Source of the DNA: a virus | Taxonomy: Duplodnaviria > Caudoviricetes | Virus record (IMG/VR): IMGVR_UViG_3300044513_001984 | Coordinates: 1-44,125 of that record | DNA: 44,125 nt | Direction: 5' to 3' (one strand) | In this document: positions 9,097 through 18,005 of the stretch, in pieces | Position numbering within the stretch: position 1 is the stretch's first letter | Layout: the number at the start of each line of letters is the position of its first letter | Program-made: the position numbers and the translations under genes | The notes under the pieces: model-generated | Databases searched by the model: none | The model's input: only the letters and a program-made list of their open reading frames with translations | What the model was told of the DNA's origin: nothing

Positions 9097-10653
9097 ATGT
9101 CAGACGCTATTGTCAAAAATCTTAACTTCGGCGACGAAGCTAGGAAACAAGTATTTAAAGGTATTGAAAAACTCACAAAAGCCGTTAGCTCCACTTTAGG
9201 GGCTAGCGGTAAATGTGTGATGTTAGAAGACAATACTGGAAAGCCATTAATTACAAAAGACGGTGTAACTGTTGCTGATTCAATTGTTTTATTGGATCCA
9301 GTTGAAAATATGGGAGCTACGCTATTAAAAGAAGCAGCTCGTAAAACAGTACAAGAAGCCGGAGACGGAACCACTACAGCAACTGTATTGGCCCATGCTA
9401 TTTTAGAAGAAGCATATGCTGTAGGCGACAAAGTAAGCTTTAGAGACTTAAAAAACGGTATTAATTTAGCCGTAGAAAAAGTTGTAAAATATTTAGAAAA
9501 TATTTCTGTCAAAGTCGAAGGAGACATGATGGACCAAATAGCAACAATATCAACAAACAATGATCCTGAGCTTGGCAAAATTATTGCAAATGCTTTTAGA
9601 TCGGTTGATAAAACAGGTGTTGTTATGATGGAAACCTCAGCATCAGGTAAAACCGAAATGGAAGTTATAGAAGGAGTTCAATACGAAAAAGGTTTAAAAA
9701 ACTCTCACTTTATAACAAATAAACAAAAGAAAACAGCGGAGCTTGATAATCCGCTTGTGCTATTAGTTGAATCACCAATTGAATCTATTAGACAAATTCA
9801 ATCAGTATTAGAGTTTGTTATAAAAAACAATAAGTCTTTACTTATTATTGGTGATGTTGAGCAAGGTGTTTTATCAGCGCTTGCGATGAACAAATCAAAA
9901 GGCACTATAAAGGTAAATATTATAGACGCACCGACATATGGTATTAATAAGCAACAAATGCTTAGTGATCTTTCACTGCTTACCGGCGCAACTATTATAA
10001 ATGAAGACTTAGGTGATGATATGGATTTAATACAACCTGATCACCTAGGCGCGTGTTTAAAATCTATAACAACTTACGAACAAACTGTTTTGCAAATAGA
10101 AAGCCAGTCTCAAGAAGTTTTAGATATAATTTTAGATATTAAAAATAAACTAATTACTGAAAAACACCCTAACGAAATTGTAAAGCTTGAACGACGCTTA
10201 TCAATGCTTGCTGCTAAAATTGCTACAATAAAAGTTGGTGCAAATTCAGATATTGAATTAAAAGAAAAAACAGATAGGGTAGAAGATGCCATCTGTGCTA
10301 CTAAAGCTGCGATTAAAGAAGGTATAGTCCCTGGCGGCGGCATTGCTTTACTTAATGCTTCTAACTACATAAAACCAAAATTAATTGGCGAAGAAGTTTT
10401 ATTAAAAGCAATTAAAGCGCCTTTTAATACCATTTTAAGAAACGCGGGTATTGAAAATTATGAAATGCCTAAAACGCGCGGTAGAGGTTTAGATGTGGTT
10501 ACAGGCAATATGGTACATATGATTAAATCTGGAATTATCGATCCTCTACAAGTTACCAAAAGTGCGTTACAAAACGCAGCTTCAGTAGCCACAACAATAT
10601 TGTCAACAGATTGTGTAATTAATAATTTACGAATCAATGAAGGCAATAGGTAA
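9097..10653 (+). CDS. groEL: group I chaperonin GroEL (Cpn60), phage-encoded
   Basis: ITKDGVTVA, AGDGTTTATVLA, EKTDRVEDA and GIVPGGG, GIIDP.QVT.SALQNAAS motifs; lacks the GGM tail. Confidence 0.97.
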   Translation: MSDAIVKNLNFGDEARKQVFKGIEKLTKAVSSTLGASGKCVMLEDNTGKPLITKDGVTVADSIVLLDPVENMGATLLKEAARKTVQEAGDGTTTATVLAHAILEEAYAVGDKVSFRDLKNGINLAVEKVVKYLENISVKVEGDMMDQIATISTNNDPELGKIIANAFRSVDKTGVVMMETSASGKTEMEVIEGVQYEKGLKNSHFITNKQKKTAELDNPLVLLVESPIESIRQIQSVLEFVIKNNKSLLIIGDVEQGVLSALAMNKSKGTIKVNIIDAPTYGINKQQMLSDLSLLTGATIINEDLGDDMDLIQPDHLGACLKSITTYEQTVLQIESQSQEVLDIILDIKNKLITEKHPNEIVKLERRLSMLAAKIATIKVGANSDIELKEKTDRVEDAICATKAAIKEGIVPGGGIALLNASNYIKPKLIGEEVLLKAIKAPFNTILRNAGIENYEMPKTRGRGLDVVTGNMVHMIKSGIIDPLQVTKSALQNAASVATTILSTDCVINNLRINEGNR

Positions 10654-10897
10654 AAATTTAATTATACAAAAAGCAAAAGAAGGAACTACTGAAACAAAAG
10701 GTGGCTTACTTCTTGCTGAAACACATAAAAACGATATTAGATACCATAAAGCCACAATTATTTCTGCGGGTGATGAAGTAGCCGGAATTAAAAGTGGAGA
10801 TATTATTTATTACGATAAGCATGCTGGTCATCAAATAGAGTTTGAAAAAAATATATATCACGTAATTAAAGCATCAGATGTTGTTGTTGTTTTATGA
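10637..10897 (+). CDS. groES: co-chaperonin GroES (Cpn10)
   Basis: Mobile loop TETKGGLLL, IKSGDIIYY.K.AG, DVVVVL; overlaps the groEL 3' end. Confidence 0.9.
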   Translation: MKAIGKNLIIQKAKEGTTETKGGLLLAETHKNDIRYHKATIISAGDEVAGIKSGDIIYYDKHAGHQIEFEKNIYHVIKASDVVVVL

Positions 10898-11346
10898 AAA
10901 GGCTGGAAGCAAGTGATTTAAAAGAAATAGGCTTGTTAAAACACTACAGAATTATTAGAAAGTGGGCTTGCAAAAACAACAACTTAACTGATGGAGATCT
11001 TGAGCTTTTGTTATATTTAGAATGTATTGGACATTTTAGTAAACAAGACTTTATAGATGGTGTTTATTCGTATTCTTGGGATAATAGAAGATGGAATAGA
11101 TTGCTTAAGCAAGGCTGGATTGTTGTATGGAGACATAGAAATAGAACAACCCAAAAGTACAATATATATGAAGTTTCTTTTAAGTTTAAAATTTTAAGTG
11201 CTAAAATATATAGAATAATGCTTGGTGAAGAAGATTTGCCTATAAGCGAAAGAAGAAATAAAATAATGCGCGGTAAAACATATACTGATAAAGTTTTAAA
11301 AACCGCAATAAAAAATGTAAATAACGACAAAACTAGATGGCTATGA
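10894..11346 (+). CDS. hypothetical basic protein, possibly winged-helix
   Basis: LTDGDLELLLYL...RLLKQGWI...Y pattern resembles a wHTH; ATGA-coupled to groES. Confidence 0.55.
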   Translation: MKRLEASDLKEIGLLKHYRIIRKWACKNNNLTDGDLELLLYLECIGHFSKQDFIDGVYSYSWDNRRWNRLLKQGWIVVWRHRNRTTQKYNIYEVSFKFKILSAKIYRIMLGEEDLPISERRNKIMRGKTYTDKVLKTAIKNVNNDKTRWL

Positions 11347-11648
11347 ATGATTTCATGTATAACCCAATGGCAGTTCGCCAACAACCTGTTGACCCAATGG
11401 CAGTTCGCCAGCAGCCAATGCCTATGGCAGCGGTGCAATCTAAAATGGGACTAATGGCAGACCCAATGGTTCCTATGCCTCAAAACCCAGCGGTATATAA
11501 CAATGCAGGCGCAATTAATACTGGTATAGCTATGTATGGATCTCCTGAAATGAGACAAAATAGTGTAATGATGGTAGATCAAAATGGAGATGGTAAAGTA
11601 ACTTATGGTGATGTAATAGAGGCCAGAATAAATGGATATAAAGAATAA
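11337..11648 (+). CDS. Met/Pro/Gln-rich small protein with a C-terminal EF-hand-like loop
   Basis: Tandem PMAVRQQP repeat; DQNGDGKVTYGD. Confidence 0.65.
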   Translation: MAMNDFMYNPMAVRQQPVDPMAVRQQPMPMAAVQSKMGLMADPMVPMPQNPAVYNNAGAINTGIAMYGSPEMRQNSVMMVDQNGDGKVTYGDVIEARINGYKE

Positions 11649-11665
11649 ATAATATAACTACAAAT

Positions 11666-11890
11666 ATGAAAAGAGAAACTTCACCTGCAGTAAAAAAAAT
11701 TGAAACTAATGGCATTACAGGGGCAAATGCCCTATGGGATGGGCCACTAGATGTTAGCGAATTTCCAATGGGCAAAGGCTCTAGTTCTGGTAAAAACGGA
11801 ATGGAAGTAAGCAAATACTATTGTGGTTGTGATTCATTAAAAGCACCTATTACTAATCGCGCAATGGGGCGTGGAAAAATGGTAAGATAA
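11666..11890 (+). CDS. hypothetical protein
   Basis: ORF in operon context; TAATG overlap with the next gene. Confidence 0.65.
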   Translation: MKRETSPAVKKIETNGITGANALWDGPLDVSEFPMGKGSSSGKNGMEVSKYYCGCDSLKAPITNRAMGRGKMVR

Positions 11891-12180
11891 TGGCTGACAA
11901 GAGTAAAATGGCTTGTAATAAGCCAATGAAATCTGATCGCCCTAAAAAGAAAAAAATGGTTAAAGCCTGCGAAGGTGGTAAAGAAAAAATTATTCATTTT
12001 GGGCACACTGATTATGGACATAATTACTCTGCTGCTGCGCGCAAATCTTTTAAAGCGCGCCATAAATGTAGTACAGCTAAAAGCAAATTAACCGCTCGTT
12101 ACTGGTCTTGTAAAAACTTATGGGCTGGTAAAGGCGGTAGTACTAAATCAAACCCAAAAGGTGTTCGCGGAAAATATTAA
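11890..12180 (+). CDS. small basic viral protein (DUF5754-like)
   Basis: KIIHFG..DY......RKSFKARH.C......ARYWSCK.LW motif; family assignment from memory. Confidence 0.6.
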   Translation: MADKSKMACNKPMKSDRPKKKKMVKACEGGKEKIIHFGHTDYGHNYSAAARKSFKARHKCSTAKSKLTARYWSCKNLWAGKGGSTKSNPKGVRGKY

Positions 12181-12182
12181 TC

Positions 12183-12503
12183 ATGGCTTTCAAAATCAAC
12201 CCACCATACAGTACAGATAACATGTACACTCAAATAAGATTTGCAGATCTTGGCAAAGGCATTATGGGTAGAACAGAAAGAGATGGGACTATTTTTATAA
12301 ATAAAAATTTAAGCGGAAAAGATATAGAAAAAGCTATTGCTCACGAAAAAATTCATAAAAAACAGTTTGAAAACGAAGAACTTGATTATGACAATGAAGC
12401 TCTTTACTGGCGTGGAAAGCGATACAAAAGAACAAATATAAACATGGGCAGTCGCAGATTACCTTGGGAAGGTCCAGCATATAAAGCTTCAGATAATGTC
12501 TAA
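12183..12503 (+). CDS. small zincin-like metallopeptidase
   Basis: G..IFIN...AIAHEKIH..Q and a downstream PWE..AY motif. Confidence 0.7.
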   Translation: MAFKINPPYSTDNMYTQIRFADLGKGIMGRTERDGTIFINKNLSGKDIEKAIAHEKIHKKQFENEELDYDNEALYWRGKRYKRTNINMGSRRLPWEGPAYKASDNV

Positions 12504-12927
12504 AAAACCTTTTAAAGAAACAGCTGTCGGTAAGTTTTTACTTAAAAAGCTACCAGGTGTTGTAACAGATGTATTGCCAGATAAAGGTGTACTTGGTATT
12601 GTAAAAAACCTTATTGATGGTGATGAGTCTATATCGCCAGAAGAAAAAGCAGCTTTAAAAAAAGAATTATATGAAATAGAAGTTGCTGATAGAGATAGTG
12701 CTCGCAAAAGAGAAACTGAAATTAAAAAAGCAGGCGGGCAAGACTGGATGATGTTTGTCACGGGTATTGTAGGTTTACTTTCTTTTGTTTTTATGATTTA
12801 TGCGGTTGTTTATATTCCAACGGTTTCTGAAAATGATTTATTCGTGCATTTAATGGGAATGATAGAAGGGGTAGTAATTTCAAACATATTTGCATATTAC
12901 TACGGAACCTCATCAGATAAAAAATAA
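12496..12927 (+). CDS. putative holin (GTA_holin_3TM-like)
   Basis: E..DRDSARKRE followed by two TM helices and YYYGTS. Confidence 0.65.
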   Translation: MSKKPFKETAVGKFLLKKLPGVVTDVLPDKGVLGIVKNLIDGDESISPEEKAALKKELYEIEVADRDSARKRETEIKKAGGQDWMMFVTGIVGLLSFVFMIYAVVYIPTVSENDLFVHLMGMIEGVVISNIFAYYYGTSSDKK

Positions 12928-12981
12928 AAAACTAACAATTAAAAATTAATAATTAAAAATTAACAATTAAAAACTAAAAAA

Positions 12982-13392
12982 ATGGCTTACGATCAAAAAA
13001 ACCAAGCGGGCCGCGGCCCAATGATGAAAACAGGAAGAGGAATTCCAATGAAATTTTACGGACCAATGGCTACCCAAGACGGCTTTTTGGATGATGTTAA
13101 GCGTGGCGCCAAAGCAGTAGGACAAAGATTGTCCGCAGCAGCTGATAGAGCAAGTAACAAATATTACACAAACACAAGTTCTTCGAAAGGCTGGGGTGAT
13201 TTTGGTGGCGGCGGCGGCCGTTCTCAAACAACTTATAATCCTGTTAACTATGTAACCGGATTTGTTCAAGGCTTGACGAGCGGTGAATCAACGGCACCTG
13301 ACGCTTTAAGCGCAAAACAGCGCAAAGACAGATATGACGCCCTCGTAGCAGAAGACTATGCAAGACGTAGTGGCCTCAGACGTAAAAAATAA
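12982..13392 (+). CDS. small basic protein with GRGPMMKTGRGIPM leader (paralog A)
   Basis: Leader shared with 13834-14457; ends in RRKK. Confidence 0.75.
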   Translation: MAYDQKNQAGRGPMMKTGRGIPMKFYGPMATQDGFLDDVKRGAKAVGQRLSAAADRASNKYYTNTSSSKGWGDFGGGGGRSQTTYNPVNYVTGFVQGLTSGESTAPDALSAKQRKDRYDALVAEDYARRSGLRRKK

Positions 13393-13465
13393 TAATAGAA
13401 AGCAATTAAATAAAAATATAAAATTGTATATTTATATATTAAAATTTAATTAAATATATAATATT

Positions 13466-13813
13466 ATGAAAAATTTATTTTTATTGTTTGCTTTGTTTTG
13501 TTCAACAAGTTTATTTGCTCAAAAAGAATTAGACCCGTGGGATTTTGTTGGATCTTGGACATATCCTGAATGTCTAAATGTTTTTGTTTTTTATCCAGAA
13601 AATAATATTTTAAAAATAAAGTTAGTAGAAAAATATACAGGATATACTGCTGATATGAGTATTTTGAGCGTTAAAAAAGACTCTTTAATTACCGAGCTGT
13701 ACACACCAAAAAACAATTGGTATGTTAGAAAAGTTTTTTATATAGAAAATAATATACTAATCGCTAAAACAACAGGCAACTCAAATAAAACAGAATACTA
13801 TAAAAAAATATAA
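13466..13813 (+). CDS. secreted protein with Sec signal peptide (moron-like)
   Basis: MKNLFLLFALFCSTSLFAQ is a Bacteroidota-type signal with Q at +1; FVGSW beta-barrel-like start; very AT-rich. Confidence 0.7.
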   Translation: MKNLFLLFALFCSTSLFAQKELDPWDFVGSWTYPECLNVFVFYPENNILKIKLVEKYTGYTADMSILSVKKDSLITELYTPKNNWYVRKVFYIENNILIAKTTGNSNKTEYYKKI

Positions 13814-13833
13814 ATTAATAAAAAAGAAAAATT

Positions 13834-14457
13834 ATGAAATCAGCGTCAGGACCGTATATGCAAAAACCAGGGCGTGGCCCAATGATGAAAACAGGCAGAG
13901 GAATACCAATGGAACTTCAGGGCCCGCTTTCACACAAGCCTGGTCACAACCCGACAGATCCGCCAGTAGGGACTACATACGAGGTAGTGGTTAATGATGA
14001 TACCGGGAATCAAACAGGGTTAAGAGCAACAGACTCAAGTGGTAATGTAAGAAATTATGACCGCCCAACCAACGCAGAAATTAGACATTCTAAAGAAAGA
14101 ATAAGCAAAGGACTAGATACAGTGTCTCCTTTTTCTCAGAAGCATACCTATAAAAGTAATTTAATATTTGTTGATGGCAAACCAAGAACGGATTTTACCC
14201 AAAATACAGGTTATGCAATGGATAGTCAGAATATACGAAATGCAATAAGAAGTGCCGGTCAAGATCCAGCAAATGTGCATATGGGAAATCTTAAAATTAA
14301 AAACCCTAAAGCGCATCAAATGATTGTTGATGCATTTAATAGTGACACCGCCAACCAAACTGCAAAACTACAATCTCAAAATAGCCTTGTAGCGGCTAGG
14401 TCAACAGTTAAAGAGCGCCCTGAATTAGCCCCTAACATGTACAAAAAGAAAAAATAA
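13834..14457 (+). CDS. protein with GRGPMMKTGRGIPM leader (paralog B)
   Basis: Leader shared with 12982-13392; ends in KKKK. Confidence 0.75.
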   Translation: MKSASGPYMQKPGRGPMMKTGRGIPMELQGPLSHKPGHNPTDPPVGTTYEVVVNDDTGNQTGLRATDSSGNVRNYDRPTNAEIRHSKERISKGLDTVSPFSQKHTYKSNLIFVDGKPRTDFTQNTGYAMDSQNIRNAIRSAGQDPANVHMGNLKIKNPKAHQMIVDAFNSDTANQTAKLQSQNSLVAARSTVKERPELAPNMYKKKK

Positions 14458-14486
14458 CTACTTATTAATCAATTAAATTTAATCAA

Positions 14487-14765
14487 ATGGGAAAAACAAA
14501 AAAAATCAAAAACGTAATTTCTGAAGAGCATTTAGAAAAACTAAACTCTCAACAGTTAGCTTTAAACGAATTAATTACTCGCATAGGAGCAATGGAAGCA
14601 GAAAAACACAGTATGCTGCATCGTATTGCTGAGGTTAATAAAGCAATTGAAACTTTTAAAGTTGAGCTTGAAGAAGCTTATGGACCTGTAAGTATTGATT
14701 TAAAAACCGGTGAATACAAGCCAATCGAAAATAAGGATAATGCAGTCGAACATACGGAAAATTAG
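14487..14765 (+). CDS. small coiled-coil protein
   Basis: Heptad pattern ending in LEEAYG.VSIDLKTGEY. Confidence 0.7.
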   Translation: MGKTKKIKNVISEEHLEKLNSQQLALNELITRIGAMEAEKHSMLHRIAEVNKAIETFKVELEEAYGPVSIDLKTGEYKPIENKDNAVEHTEN

Positions 14766-14967
14766 TATCGGTTCTGATTATAAGAACGATGCGATGCATT
14801 ATTCCGTTGGCCAACAAGTATACGGGGGTCATGAGATAGCTTATATTATTTTTGATGACAAAGACGCATCGTATAACATTCACATTAAAAAAAACGACGA
14901 GGTAATGCCATGGAAGAAATTTAATTCTAACATGGCTATCTCCGTCGAATATGATTTAGAATACTAA
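14740..14967 (+). CDS. hypothetical protein (IRKISIG.DYK.DAMHY.VGQ)
   Basis: ATG at 14740 preferred over the track's GTG at 14710 because it gives a shorter overlap. Confidence 0.7.
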   Translation: MQSNIRKISIGSDYKNDAMHYSVGQQVYGGHEIAYIIFDDKDASYNIHIKKNDEVMPWKKFNSNMAISVEYDLEY

Positions 14968-15575
14968 TGAATAGCTTATACGATTTTATTGTTAAACCTT
15001 ATAATGAAAAACGTTATGATAATTCAGTTAAGGTTGGCAATAAAGAGCTTGTGCTAAATACTAAAATAGAAGCATTTAAAGCTGTGAACAATATAGCGGA
15101 AGTAATAGCTGTGCCTCTTGCTTATAAAACAAGCATAAAAGTTGGCGATAAAGTTATTATTCACCACAATGTGTTTAGAGTATTTTATGATATGAAAGGT
15201 CGCAAAAAAAATAGCAGATCTATGTTTATAGATAATATGTTTTTTGTGGCTCCAGATCAAGTTTATATGTACGGGGATTTTGGTAATTGGAAAGCTTTTG
15301 GCGACAGATGCTTTATTATGCCGTTAAAAAATAATGACCCTTTAACGCTTGATAAAGAGCGAAAGCTTATTGGTATACTAAAGTATGGCAATAGTTCCTT
15401 AAACGCGCTTAAAATCAATCCTGGTGATCTAGTTGGGTATACTCCGTATGGCGAATTTGATTTTATTATAGATGATCAGCGATTATATTGTATGAAATCA
15501 AATGATATTGTAATAAAATATGAATACCAAGGAGACGAAGTTGAAAATAATCCAAGCTGGGCAAAAAGCAGTTGA
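14967..15575 (+). CDS. tandem double GroES-like domain protein
   Basis: Domain 1: DFIVKP...AEVIAVP...IKVGDKVII. Domain 2: KAFGDRCFIMP...INPGDLVGY...LYCMKSNDI. Confidence 0.7.
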   Translation: MNSLYDFIVKPYNEKRYDNSVKVGNKELVLNTKIEAFKAVNNIAEVIAVPLAYKTSIKVGDKVIIHHNVFRVFYDMKGRKKNSRSMFIDNMFFVAPDQVYMYGDFGNWKAFGDRCFIMPLKNNDPLTLDKERKLIGILKYGNSSLNALKINPGDLVGYTPYGEFDFIIDDQRLYCMKSNDIVIKYEYQGDEVENNPSWAKSS

Positions 15576-15795
15576 GGAATTAATAAAAGTAGCACAAGAA
15601 AAAATTGTTGATTCAGGCGATGATATTTCGGCTGACAGACTTAAAAATGCGGCTGCTACTAAAAAATTAGCAGTATTTGACGCTTTTGAGATTCTACATA
15701 GAATACAAGAAGAAGAAAATATGTTAAATGAAAAGCCTAAAGAAGAAAAAGAAATAAAGTCTTTTAAAGGTTTTGCAGAAGGAAGGTCTAGATAA
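15520..15795 (+). CDS. putative terminase small subunit
   Basis: Helical 91-aa ORF translationally coupled to the large terminase. Confidence 0.55.
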   Translation: MNTKETKLKIIQAGQKAVEELIKVAQEKIVDSGDDISADRLKNAAATKKLAVFDAFEILHRIQEEENMLNEKPKEEKEIKSFKGFAEGRSR

Positions 15796-18005
15796 TGTAC
15801 GAACAAACTTTATATAAGGTTCTTAATAACCATATAAACCCAAAAGTTATTAGCAAGTTAAATCGCTACAATAAATGGGAGTATGGTTATAATAAAAATC
15901 ACGATGTCGTTGTTATTAGCAAAACTGGCAAAATTGGAAAAATTTATGAAATACAAGGGTTATATATAGCATTGCCGGAAGAAGAAAACGTGCACACGTT
16001 TAAATCAAATCAATGGGAATATACAGAATATCCAAAAGAGCTAAGCAAAATAAAAACAGTATTTGACTGGAAAGAGCTTGATAGCGAATTTCATGAAAAG
16101 TGGTATGATTATATTGACGGTGAATTTAAAAAACGAGATGAAGGTTTTTGGTTTTACAATAAAAGCAAACCAACATACATAACCGGAACTCATTATATGT
16201 ATCTACAATGGAGTAAAATTGATGTAGGTAAACCGGATTTTAGAGAGGCAAATAGATTATTTTTTATATTTTGGGAGGCTTGTAAAGCGGATAGTAGGTG
16301 TTACGGCATGTGTTATCTTAAAAACCGCCGGTCTGGTTTTTCATTTATGGCTTCAGGCGAAGTAGTTAATTTAGCTACAATATCTAGCGATAGTCGATAT
16401 GGCATATTATCAAAGTCTGGTCCCGACGCTAAAAAAATGTTTACAGATAAAGTAGTGCCAATATCAGTTAACTATCCTTTTTTCTTTAAACCAATACAAG
16501 ACGGTATGGACCGTCCAAAAACAGAATTAGCTTATCGTGTGCCAGCGTCTAAATTTACAAGACGTAAATTAGATGTAAATGAAAAAGTTGAAGATATAGA
16601 AGGTCTTGATACAACTATTGATTGGAAAAATACTGGTGACAACTCTTATGACGGTGAAAAATTAAAACTACTAGTACACGACGAAAGTGGCAAGTGGGAA
16701 AAACCAAATAACATATTAAACAACTGGCGTGTAACTAAAACAACACTACGACTTGGTTCTAGAATTATAGGTAAGTGCATGATGGGAAGCACGTCAAATG
16801 CTTTAGATAAAGGCGGTGATAACTTCAAAAAATTATATTACGATTCAGACGTTACTAAACGAAACGCCAATGGACAGACTCGCTCGGGACTATATTCTTT
16901 GTTCATACCTATGGAGTGGAATTACGAAGGATACATTGACGCTTATGGAGCACCTGTATTTGACACACCGTCAGAACCAGTTAAAGCACCAGATGGATCA
17001 TTAATAGATATTGGTGTAATTGATTATTGGCAAAATGAAGTTGATGGTTTAAAGCAAGATCAAGATGCTTTAAACGAATTTTATAGACAGTTTCCAAGAA
17101 CAGAGCAGCATGCTTTTAGAGACGAAACAAAGCAGTCTTTGTTTAATCTTACAAAAATTTACGAACAAATAGATTATAATGAAGATATAAATAATTCTTC
17201 ATTAATAACCACCGGTAGTTTTCAATGGGAAAATGGCAAAAAAGACGGAAAAGTTATATTTGTACCACATAAAGATGGGCGGTTTAAAATAAGTTGGGTT
17301 CCTCCTAAACATTTGCAAAATCGCGTAATAGTAAAAAACGGGGTTAAATATCCAGGAAATGAGCATTGTGGCGCGTTTGGTTGTGATCCATACGACATAT
17401 CAGGAACAACTGATGGCAGAGGGTCTAACGGATCTTTGCATGGGTTAACAAAATTTTCAATGGAAGATGTCCCCGTCAGCCAGTTTTTTTTAGAATATAT
17501 TGCAAGGCCTCAAACGGCTGAAATATTTTTTGAAGACGTTTTAATGGCTTGTGTATTTTATGGGATGCCAATACTTGCTGAAAACAACAAGCCAAGACTT
17601 TTATATCACTTTAAAAGAAGAGGCTATAGAGGGTTTGCAATGAATAGGCCGGATAAAGTTTATAATAAATTATCAATAGCAGAAAGAGAAATAGGCGGAA
17701 TACCTAACTCTAGTGAAGATATTAAACAAGCGCACGCAGCAGCAATTGAATCGTACATAGAAAATTATGTCGGTTATTTAAATCCTGGCTACGGTAATAT
17801 GTATTTTCAACGAACGCTAGAAGACTGGGCTAAATTTAATATTAATAATAGAACAAAGCACGATGCCTCTATCAGCTCGGGCTTGGCTATAATGGCCTGC
17901 AACAAACATTTATATGTGCCTGTTGCCCCCATTAAAAAAGAAGTTTATAACTTAGGATTTAAAAGATATGACAACAAGGGTCTTGTGTCTAAAATAATAG
18001 AATAA
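15795..18005 (+). CDS. terL: terminase large subunit
   Basis: Walker A-like KNRRSGFS, Walker B LLVHDE, MGST coupling motif, nuclease GCDPYD and HDA. Confidence 0.92.
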   Translation: MYEQTLYKVLNNHINPKVISKLNRYNKWEYGYNKNHDVVVISKTGKIGKIYEIQGLYIALPEEENVHTFKSNQWEYTEYPKELSKIKTVFDWKELDSEFHEKWYDYIDGEFKKRDEGFWFYNKSKPTYITGTHYMYLQWSKIDVGKPDFREANRLFFIFWEACKADSRCYGMCYLKNRRSGFSFMASGEVVNLATISSDSRYGILSKSGPDAKKMFTDKVVPISVNYPFFFKPIQDGMDRPKTELAYRVPASKFTRRKLDVNEKVEDIEGLDTTIDWKNTGDNSYDGEKLKLLVHDESGKWEKPNNILNNWRVTKTTLRLGSRIIGKCMMGSTSNALDKGGDNFKKLYYDSDVTKRNANGQTRSGLYSLFIPMEWNYEGYIDAYGAPVFDTPSEPVKAPDGSLIDIGVIDYWQNEVDGLKQDQDALNEFYRQFPRTEQHAFRDETKQSLFNLTKIYEQIDYNEDINNSSLITTGSFQWENGKKDGKVIFVPHKDGRFKISWVPPKHLQNRVIVKNGVKYPGNEHCGAFGCDPYDISGTTDGRGSNGSLHGLTKFSMEDVPVSQFFLEYIARPQTAEIFFEDVLMACVFYGMPILAENNKPRLLYHFKRRGYRGFAMNRPDKVYNKLSIAEREIGGIPNSSEDIKQAHAAAIESYIENYVGYLNPGYGNMYFQRTLEDWAKFNINNRTKHDASISSGLAIMACNKHLYVPVAPIKKEVYNLGFKRYDNKGLVSKIIE

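Noticed and set aside
15795-18005. Intein or intron in terminase (and in nrdA)
   Set aside because: The ORFs are continuous and no intein splice or LAGLIDADG motifs are visible.
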